31,234 bases of DNA, taken from assembly GCA_035513375.1 (NCBI GenBank), contig DATKCC010000104.1, positions 1 to 31,234 of the forward strand, in the 5' to 3' direction. This document shows, one piece after another, positions 1 to 6,812 of the stretch. Position 1 is the stretch's first letter. Each line of letters begins with the position of its first letter. Both the position numbers and the translations under genes were made by a program. The notes under the pieces were generated by a model, which ran no database searches, was not told the DNA's origin, and worked only from the letters and a program-made list of their open reading frames with translations. The stretch is from Thermoanaerobaculia bacterium. GTDB lineage: Bacteria; Acidobacteriota; Thermoanaerobaculia; Multivoradales; DATKCC01.

Positions 1-1616
1 ACGACCGGCCGCCCGGGCTCGATCCGTTCGCGGAACAGGGCGAGGATCCGAGGGTGGGCGGCCCGGCCGCCGCGGACGCGGTCGACCGGCACCACCTCGC
101 CACGGGCGACCCCCAGGATCGGTTTGATCCCCAGGAGCGAGCCCACCCAGGCCTGCGCCTTGCCGATCCGGCCTCCCCGCGCCAGGTACTCCAGCGTGTC
201 GACCACGAACAGGACCTGGACCCGGTCGCCCATCGCCCGCAGCCGCCGGGCGATATCGGGGGCTGGCAGGCCCCGGTTCGCCATCCGGGCGGCGAACAGC
301 GCGAGCAGGCCGAGCCCCAGGCTGACCTGGCGGCTGTCCACCACCTCCAGCACCGGCGGCTCGCCCCCATGGCGCCTCTCGCGGCCCAGCCGGAGCTCGC
401 GGGCGCCCGCTTCCGAGGCCTTTTTCGCGTGGTTGAAGGTCTCCGACAGCACGCTCGAGATGTGGATCGAGACCACGTCCCGCTCCGGGACCAGGGCCCG
501 GTAGACCTCGAGAAACTCCCCGGGCGTCGGCGGGTTCGAGACCGGGTGGTCGTCGCCACGCTCGAGCAGCTCGTAGAACTCCCGCGGCGTGATGTCGACG
601 CCGTCGCGGAAGCTCCGCTCGCCGAAGCGCACGCCGAGCGCCACGACGCGGATGCCGTGCTCGCGGGCGAGCCGGGCCGGGAGGTCGGCGGTCGAGTCCG
701 ACACCACCCGCACCCCCACCTCCGGCTCCCGGACCGCCGCCACGCCGAGCTCCTGGAGCCGGGCGAGCTCGTTCAGGATCTCGCCGTCAGTCGCCTCCAG
801 CCGGTCGAGGAGGGCGCCGATCGAGGGCTTCTGCTGGCCCTCACTGAGGATCCTCTGGCCGAGCGGGGACAAACGGGTCTCGGGGAAATCCGGGCCGGGG
901 CGCACCTCCAGCCGGGCCTTGGGATTCGGCGGCTCGGCGACGCGGTCCTCGATCGCCTGGATCACCAGGCTCTTGAGGTCCCGCTCCATCTCCCGATGGA
1001 CGCCCGGACGCCCGAGGACCACCCGGAAAGGGCCCTGGCGGCGGGCGCCCACGCGACAGAAGGCCTTGACCCCACGAGCCGTACCTGCCGAGACCGCGAT
1101 CACCTCACCGCGCTCGAGTACCACTTCCGCGCCTTCGAGCAGCACCCGTCCGGAGGCGACGGCGCGGCCGAGGCCCCGCATCACCTCGAGCGCGGGGGTC
1201 AAGGAGAAGTCTCCCACCAGGCTCTGGAGCCGTCCGTCGGGCTCGAGACCGATCTCCCAGCCGACCAGCACCAGCCGGATTCGCCGGACGAGCTCGGCGC
1301 CCTGGAGGCCTCCGGCCGCCAGGTAGAGCACGTCGTCCGGAAGCTCGTCGCCGCCCGCTTCGGCTTCGCCCAGGACCATCAGGCGGGTTGCCGTACCGGT
1401 CGCCCGCCGGAGCTCGTCGCGGATCGACGCGTCGCCGAACCCGGCGACGGCGCCGTCGGCGACGATCACGGCGGGGCCGAGACCCCTGGCGAAGCGGCGG
1501 CCCTGCGCTTCGCCCTCCGCGAGCACCACTTCGTAGCCGAAACGAGCCAGACCCCGGCCCAGCTCCTTGCGGCGGGTCGGGTCCGGTTCGACGATCAGGA
1601 CAGCCGGACGGGTCAT
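1..1616 (-). CDS. DegV/FakB-family fatty-acid-binding protein with N-terminal receiver-like and DUF4388(PATAN)-like domains; 3' end runs off the window
   Basis: Missing from the ORF track because it has no stop inside the window. My translation from ATG at 1616 is open to position 3: MTRPAVLIVEPDPTRRKELGRGLARFGYEVV...PAVIVADG (receiver-like); SLVGDFSLTPALEVMRGLG...GRVLLEGAEVVLERGEVI...GVKAFCRV (DUF4388-like); VRVVSDSTADLP...GVDITPREFYELL...HISSVLSETFN...VVDSRQVSLGLG...VVDTLEYLARGGRIG...IKPIL (DegV signature). Confidence 0.85.
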   Translation of the reverse strand, partial: MTRPAVLIVEPDPTRRKELGRGLARFGYEVVLAEGEAQGRRFARGLGPAVIVADGAVAGFGDASIRDELRRATGTATRLMVLGEAEAGGDELPDDVLYLAAGGLQGAELVRRIRLVLVGWEIGLEPDGRLQSLVGDFSLTPALEVMRGLGRAVASGRVLLEGAEVVLERGEVIAVSAGTARGVKAFCRVGARRQGPFRVVLGRPGVHREMERDLKSLVIQAIEDRVAEPPNPKARLEVRPGPDFPETRLSPLGQRILSEGQQKPSIGALLDRLEATDGEILNELARLQELGVAAVREPEVGVRVVSDSTADLPARLAREHGIRVVALGVRFGERSFRDGVDITPREFYELLERGDDHPVSNPPTPGEFLEVYRALVPERDVVSIHISSVLSETFNHAKKASEAGARELRLGRERRHGGEPPVLEVVDSRQVSLGLGLLALFAARMANRGLPAPDIARRLRAMGDRVQVLFVVDTLEYLARGGRIGKAQAWVGSLLGIKPILGVARGEVVPVDRVRGGRAAHPRILALFRERIEPGRPV

Positions 1617-1725
1617 GCGGTGACAGCGTCTCGAGGGTTCGGGTCGGACCCCGGGTGTCTACCCGGTCCGCGCGAACGATACCCGGCACGATGCCTTGAA
1701 GCAACCGGCAGCAGCCGCGCCACTC

Positions 1726-1745
1726 TCGGCGTACAATAGGCGCCG
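1726..1745 (+). promoter_or_regulatory. Possible -10 element (TACAAT, 1732-1737) in the divergent intergenic region, facing the kinase gene
   Basis: An AT-rich hexamer close to the sigma70 consensus in a very GC-rich background, about 90 nt upstream of GTG 1830. No convincing -35 element. Confidence 0.3.
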
Positions 1746-1829
1746 ACGCTCTCCCCCGGCCCCGGCCGGCACGAAAGGTATGCCGCCCTTCGTGCCACTC
1801 CCGGGTGGACGCGCTTCGAGGACACCGCC

Positions 1830-3392
1830 GTGAACCGCCCGCTCCCCCAGATCGAGGGCAAGTACGAGATCCTCCAGAAGATCAAGGAGGGTGGGATGGG
1901 GGCGGTCTACAAGGTCCGCCACCGCCTGCTCGAAGAGGTGCGGGTGGTCAAGACCGTCCGCCCGGAGTTCGCCGAAGACTCGGACCTCAAGGAGCGGTTC
2001 CTGCGCGAGGCCAAGACGGCGATCCGCCTCCGGCACCCCAACATCGCCCAGCTCTACGACTTCTCGTTGGGTGAGGACGGCACCGCCTACATCGTCATGG
2101 AGTACATCGACGGGGTTACCCTCCAGGAGATGTTGGCGAAGAGCGGTCCGCCCGCCGTCCCCTTGACCCTGGAGATCGCCGGCCAGGGCCTCGAAGCGCT
2201 CGCCTACCTCCACCGCAAGGGCTACGTCCACCGGGACGTGGCGCCTGACAACCTGATGCTCACCCGGAGCTTCGACGGCGGGCCCCAGGTCAAGCTCATC
2301 GACCTCGGGATCGTCAAGCGACTCGAGGGCGGCGGCGCCGACCTGACCGCCACCGGGACCTTCCTCGGCAAGGTGAGGTACGCGGCTCCGGAGCAGTTCT
2401 CGGACGCGGGCGCGCGCTCGCCGGAGCCGACGAGCGACATCTACTCCTTCGGGGTGATGCTCTATGAGCTCCTGACCGGCCGCCTGCCGTTCAAGGGCGA
2501 CAGCGTCTCGGAGCTGATCGCCGGGCACCTCTTCCGCCCGCCCCTGGACTTCGACGAGTCCGATCCCGACGGGCGGGTGCCCGAGGCCCTGCGCGAGATC
2601 GTCCTCCAGGCGATGGCCAAGGACCCCGCGCAGCGCCAGCAGAGTGCCGTCGAGCTCGCTGCTCGCCTTCAACCCCTCCGCGCCGAGAGCGCCACCCTGC
2701 GCGAGGACCTCGACCACACGCTCCACACGACCACGACCCTGCTCATCGAGCGCGGCCCGGTGAAGTCTCCCGGCTCGACCCAGGGGCACCTCGACCGGCA
2801 GTTCGGCCTCCAGGCGACGCCGCGGCCCGAGAGCTCGAAGGCCGCGGCCGAGCCCGCCGCTGGCCCGCGGCGGATCGAGACCCGCAAGCAGGAGGTTGCG
2901 GCTCTGCTCGCCAACGCCCAGCTCCTCACCCGCCTCGAGCAGTTCCAGCGCGCCCGCCACGAGCTCGATCGGCTGCTGGAGATCGAGCCGCGCTCGGAGG
3001 AGGGACGGGAGCTCCTCGAAGCGGTCAATGCCGCGGCGCTCGAGCGCGAGAAGCGCGGCATCCGGCGGGACGCTCCCCGCGGGGGCGAGCTCGATCCGGG
3101 CATCGAGCGCCGGCTGGCCCGCGCCCTCCAGGAGGAGGCGAGCCGCGAGGGCGCCGGCCCGGAGGCCGGGGACGAAGAGTCCGCCCGGCGGCGCGAGGAG
3201 GCGGTCGGCGAGGCGGTCCGGAGCATCGCCGGCTCGCTCGCCGACGGTCGGTTCGACCGCGCCCTCAGCGAGCTCGAGCTCGCCCGCAAGCTCTATGGCG
3301 AGCATGCCGAGCTCGACCGGCTGGCCGAGCGGGCGGACAAGGCGATCGCCGCCGACCGGGCGTTGCAGGATCGCGGCGGCGCCGAGGGTTGA
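1830..3392 (+). CDS. Cytoplasmic Hanks-type Ser/Thr protein kinase with atypical catalytic loop and C-terminal helical (TPR-like) region
   Basis: EGGMGAVY glycine loop, VVK lysine, RFLREA alphaC Glu, HRDVAPDN, DLG, GKVRYAAPEQ, SDIYSFG. No transmembrane segment. The C-terminus is an amphipathic helical repeat region. Confidence 0.93.
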   Translation: MNRPLPQIEGKYEILQKIKEGGMGAVYKVRHRLLEEVRVVKTVRPEFAEDSDLKERFLREAKTAIRLRHPNIAQLYDFSLGEDGTAYIVMEYIDGVTLQEMLAKSGPPAVPLTLEIAGQGLEALAYLHRKGYVHRDVAPDNLMLTRSFDGGPQVKLIDLGIVKRLEGGGADLTATGTFLGKVRYAAPEQFSDAGARSPEPTSDIYSFGVMLYELLTGRLPFKGDSVSELIAGHLFRPPLDFDESDPDGRVPEALREIVLQAMAKDPAQRQQSAVELAARLQPLRAESATLREDLDHTLHTTTTLLIERGPVKSPGSTQGHLDRQFGLQATPRPESSKAAAEPAAGPRRIETRKQEVAALLANAQLLTRLEQFQRARHELDRLLEIEPRSEEGRELLEAVNAAALEREKRGIRRDAPRGGELDPGIERRLARALQEEASREGAGPEAGDEESARRREEAVGEAVRSIAGSLADGRFDRALSELELARKLYGEHAELDRLAERADKAIAADRALQDRGGAEG

Positions 3393-3410
3393 CCCGAGGC
3401 GGAGGCCGCG

Positions 3411-5816
3411 TCAGCTCCGCGGCGCGACCAGCTCCACCACCACCGGCCCCCGCGCACGACACATGCAGGCCAGGCGGTGCTCGCCGGGCGCGAGCGAGCA
3501 GAGCTCCTCCAGGGTCTCGGCCTCCGAGCCCTCGAGCGGGCCGAGGTGCTCGGCGCCGGAGAGGATGCGGATCGGGTCGCTGCCGCAGATCCCGGCGTGA
3601 CACTCGGCATTGATCGGCAGGCCGTGCTCCTCGGCGGCCTCGCAGATAGTCTGGCCGGGCTTGAGCGCCACTGTCTTGCCGGCGGACTCGAAGGTGACCT
3701 GGGGAGAGGCGGCGGCCGGAGCGGCGACCGCGGAGGCGGCGGCCGGAGCGGCGGTCGGGGACGCGGCAGCGGGAGCGGCCTCGGAGGCGCGCGGCGGCAC
3801 CGCCACCTCCCGTACGGCATCCGGGGCAGGCGCTGGCGCCGGTGCGAGCGCGGCTCCCGGAAGCGCTCCCCCCGTCGGCACGTAGCGTAGGGTCTCCCGC
3901 CCCAGGCGCAGCTCGTCCCCCGGCCGCAGGACGGCGGCCGTTTTGACCTTCACCCAGGTGCCGTTGACGCTCTTGAGGTCCTTGAGCTGGACGCGCCCCT
4001 CCCGGACCGAGACTGCGAAGTGCCGGCGGGAGAGGCTGGGATCGGCGGCGTCGAGGACCGCGTCCGGGGCGTCGCGGCCGAAGATCCTGGCCTCCTCCCC
4101 CACCGGGTGGCGCCCCTGCTCGGTCCCCCGATGATCGAAGTGGCGGAGCTCCCAACCCGCTCCGCTTCCCGGTTCGCCACCGTCTCCCGGCGCGGCCGCC
4201 TGCGCCAGCACCAGGAACTGCCGCCCGGCCCGGAACACCGCCCCGGCCGGAAGCTCGGTGTGCTCGCCCGGGAGGGCCCTGAGGAAGACGCCGGTCGCCC
4301 CGCCGTCATCCCGGAGCACCGGTCCTCCCTCCCCAGGGGCGATCGATGCGTGGCGCTCCGAGAGCGCAGCATCGTCGGGAAAGCGCAGGTCGGCGCCCTC
4401 GCCGCGGCCGATCGTGAACGCGACTCCCGAGGGGAGCGGGTACTCCGCCTCCTCGACTCCGCCCGGGAGAATCCGCACCAGGCGGGCCTCCTCCGGCTCC
4501 GGCAGCGCCTCCTCGCCCGGCGGGCCGGCGGGCTCCGCCGAGAGCTCCCCGGTCTCCCTGGGGATCGGCGCCGCACCCTCCGGCGTCCGGCCGCCCTCCT
4601 CCGCCGGCTCGGCGTCGCGCACCTCCACCCGGATCTCGGTCGCCCCGGCGACCTTCTGGGCCACGACCTCGGCCACCAGCACCCCGTCGCGCAGCGCGCT
4701 CTTGATGTTCCCCCGGTGTTTGACCTCCCGGTAGGTGGCGGGGTCGGCCGCGAAGTCGTCGGTCTCGAAATAGGCCTGCGACAGCATGTCGCCGACCAGG
4801 AACACCCCGGGCTGAACGGACTCGAGGTGGCGGGTGACCAGCATGCGCTTGCGCTCGCCGCCGGCGACCGGGACCATGGGGATCCTCAACTGGGCCAGGA
4901 AGCCCTCGGGGATATCCTCCCCGATGCAGGCGATGCAGCACTCCTTGCGGAACTCGAGGTGCACCGTCTCGTGAGGGCGCCCGTCGAGGCAGCGGCGGTC
5001 GACGCGGATCGCCAGGTACTCTTCACGGTCGTCCCCCACCACCACCGCGGTCGGCTCGGAGAGCGGATGGTAGCGGATGTTGCCGTGACCCAGGTAGGCC
5101 TCGAAGAAGACTTCGGCCAGGGCCTTCGAGACCCGCGGGAGGCGGTCCCCCCGGTAGCTCCAATAGACGGCGGTCGGATCCTCGGCCGCGACCTTGGCGG
5201 CGGAGATGGCGATCACCGCCTCGGCCGCCGAGGTCCCGCCGCCGACCACACAGGCCGGCCGGCCGAGGTAGAGGGCCGGGTCGCTCAGCCGGTAGGCGAT
5301 GCCGTCGGTGTTGCCCGGGATGTCGAAGCGCCGGGGCACCCCCCGGCCGATCGCGACGGCGACCGCGCGCGCGAGGAACCGCCGCTCCTCGCGGGCGTTG
5401 TGGTCCCAGACCAGCGCCCGCCACACCCCCTCGGCCTCGCGCTCGAGGCCGGTGAGCTCGAGCCCCACCTGGACCGGCACCTCGTGCTCCAGGTAGAACC
5501 GCTTCCAGCGCTGATGCATCTCGTCCTTGTCGATCGGCTGGAAGTGCAACTTGCGACAGAGCTCGCCGCCGTCGGGGAAGCGCATCCGGTCGCCGCCGCC
5601 GAAGTCGGGGAGGATGAGCTTGTCCTTCGAGTAGTCCCGGATCCGCTTGAGGACGTCGTCGTAGTCGATGACCAGGGCCGAGAGACCGAGCTCCCGGGCG
5701 CGGAACGCGGCCATGGTGCCGCCGGGTCCGCCGCCCACGACCAGCAGGTCCAGAACCTCCGGCAGAACCCGCGGCAGCTCCCGCATGATCGTGAACCCGG
5801 TCGTCTCCGGCGCCAT
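3411..5816 (-). CDS. TrxR-like FAD/NAD(P)-dependent oxidoreductase fused to two FHA domains and a C-terminal [2Fe-2S] ferredoxin domain
   Basis: LVVGGGPGG (FAD), VVGGGTSA and SYRGDRLPR (NADP-type site), GVFLVGD. FHA1 has IGRG..LSERHA; FHA2 has FGRD..LSRRHF..SVNGT. Ferredoxin motif CHAGICGSD...RLAC. AGGAG RBS about 7 nt upstream of ATG 5816. Confidence 0.9.
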   Translation of the reverse strand: MAPETTGFTIMRELPRVLPEVLDLLVVGGGPGGTMAAFRARELGLSALVIDYDDVLKRIRDYSKDKLILPDFGGGDRMRFPDGGELCRKLHFQPIDKDEMHQRWKRFYLEHEVPVQVGLELTGLEREAEGVWRALVWDHNAREERRFLARAVAVAIGRGVPRRFDIPGNTDGIAYRLSDPALYLGRPACVVGGGTSAAEAVIAISAAKVAAEDPTAVYWSYRGDRLPRVSKALAEVFFEAYLGHGNIRYHPLSEPTAVVVGDDREEYLAIRVDRRCLDGRPHETVHLEFRKECCIACIGEDIPEGFLAQLRIPMVPVAGGERKRMLVTRHLESVQPGVFLVGDMLSQAYFETDDFAADPATYREVKHRGNIKSALRDGVLVAEVVAQKVAGATEIRVEVRDAEPAEEGGRTPEGAAPIPRETGELSAEPAGPPGEEALPEPEEARLVRILPGGVEEAEYPLPSGVAFTIGRGEGADLRFPDDAALSERHASIAPGEGGPVLRDDGGATGVFLRALPGEHTELPAGAVFRAGRQFLVLAQAAAPGDGGEPGSGAGWELRHFDHRGTEQGRHPVGEEARIFGRDAPDAVLDAADPSLSRRHFAVSVREGRVQLKDLKSVNGTWVKVKTAAVLRPGDELRLGRETLRYVPTGGALPGAALAPAPAPAPDAVREVAVPPRASEAAPAAASPTAAPAAASAVAAPAAASPQVTFESAGKTVALKPGQTICEAAEEHGLPINAECHAGICGSDPIRILSGAEHLGPLEGSEAETLEELCSLAPGEHRLACMCRARGPVVVELVAPRS
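3706..3780 (-). repeat. 27-nt-period tandem repeat encoding 3x AAPAAAS in the Ala/Pro linker before the ferredoxin domain
   Basis: GAGGCGGCGGCCGGAGCGGCG is exact at 3706-3726 and 3733-3753, with a degenerate third copy at about 3760-3780. The protein reads EAAPAAASPTAAPAAASAVAAPAAASPQ. Confidence 0.8.
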
Positions 5817-5818
5817 CG

Positions 5819-6802
5819 TCAGCTCCTTCCTCCACCGGACAGGTCGATCTTCCCGCGCGCCAGCCGCGCGAGGACCGATCCGAGCTCGAGCTCGGAGCCC
5901 GCGGCGAGAACGGTCGCGGTGCCGGGCTCGAGGTCCACGCCGTCGATCCGCGTGCCGTTGGTGCTTCCGAGGTCGATCACGCGGACAGTGTCGGGCCCCA
6001 CCAGCAGCCGGGCGTGGGCACGGGAGAGAGTGGGGCTCTCGACCACGACGTCGGCTTCGGCGCCGCGGCCCACGAGGTGCTCCCCGGGGCCGAGGCGGTG
6101 GCGCGCCGCACCGCCTGCGGCGGTCTCGACCTCGAGGTAGAAGCCCTCCTCGTGCTCCTCGGTCCTCGCCGGAGCCGAGGCGGCCGCCGGCGGCTCGGCT
6201 CCCAGCTCGGGCAGCGGGAGCGAGAAGTCGGCGTCGACCACGGTTCGCCCGCCCGCCACCTCGGCGCTCGCGGCCGGCTCCGCTTCGCCGAGCGCCTCCG
6301 CCGGCAGCACGAAGTCCGCCGCGTCCTCGTACATCGTCCGACCCCGATCCTCGGCCGCCACCGGTTCCGCCAGGACCGGCGGCAGGACCGGCGGCTCGGC
6401 GTCGGCGAAGGTCCGCCCTGCGGCCGCCGCCGCGGCATCGAGCTCCGGCGGCGGCGCTTCCCCCAGGGCGAGGTCGAGCTCGGTGCGCCAGGGTCCGTCC
6501 CCCTCGATGGTCTGGAACACCAGCTCGCCCACCCCGGCCAGGTCGATCACCTCTAGGCGCTCCAGCTTCTCCGGCTCGCGCACCCGCAAGCCGGCCACGA
6601 AGGTACCGTTGCGGCTGCCCAGGTCCTCGATCAGGTAGCAGCCCTCGTCCGGGTCGAAGAAGACCCGCGCGTGCCGGGCGGAGACCGCCGAGTCGGGCAG
6701 CACCACGGCGTTGTCGGGGCTTCGCCCGAGGGTGGCCTCTTGGCCGATCACGACGCTCAGTCCGGCGAAGGTCCCGGTCCGGGAGAACAGGCGCGCACGC
6801 AC
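5819..6802 (-). CDS. Double-FHA-domain protein with an acidic Pro/Ala linker carrying R-T-x-x-D/E repeats
   Basis: N-terminal FHA LGRS..VSARHA..GSRNGT and C-terminal FHA VGRG..LSRAHA..GSTNGT. GTG start 10 nt after the upstream stop. Confidence 0.92.
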   Translation of the reverse strand: MRARLFSRTGTFAGLSVVIGQEATLGRSPDNAVVLPDSAVSARHARVFFDPDEGCYLIEDLGSRNGTFVAGLRVREPEKLERLEVIDLAGVGELVFQTIEGDGPWRTELDLALGEAPPPELDAAAAAAGRTFADAEPPVLPPVLAEPVAAEDRGRTMYEDAADFVLPAEALGEAEPAASAEVAGGRTVVDADFSLPLPELGAEPPAAASAPARTEEHEEGFYLEVETAAGGAARHRLGPGEHLVGRGAEADVVVESPTLSRAHARLLVGPDTVRVIDLGSTNGTRIDGVDLEPGTATVLAAGSELELGSVLARLARGKIDLSGGGRS

Positions 6803-6812
6803 GCTGAGATCC

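Noticed and set aside
3393-3410. Intrinsic terminator between the convergent kinase and reductase genes
   Set aside because: The gap is only 18 nt, with no hairpin plus U-tract on either strand.
4925-4945. CCIAC in the reductase as a thioredoxin-reductase redox disulfide
   Set aside because: It falls in the beta-strand leading back to the FAD domain (the D-x-V-x-x-x-IG position), not at the TrxR CxxC site. A redox role is unsupported without a structure.
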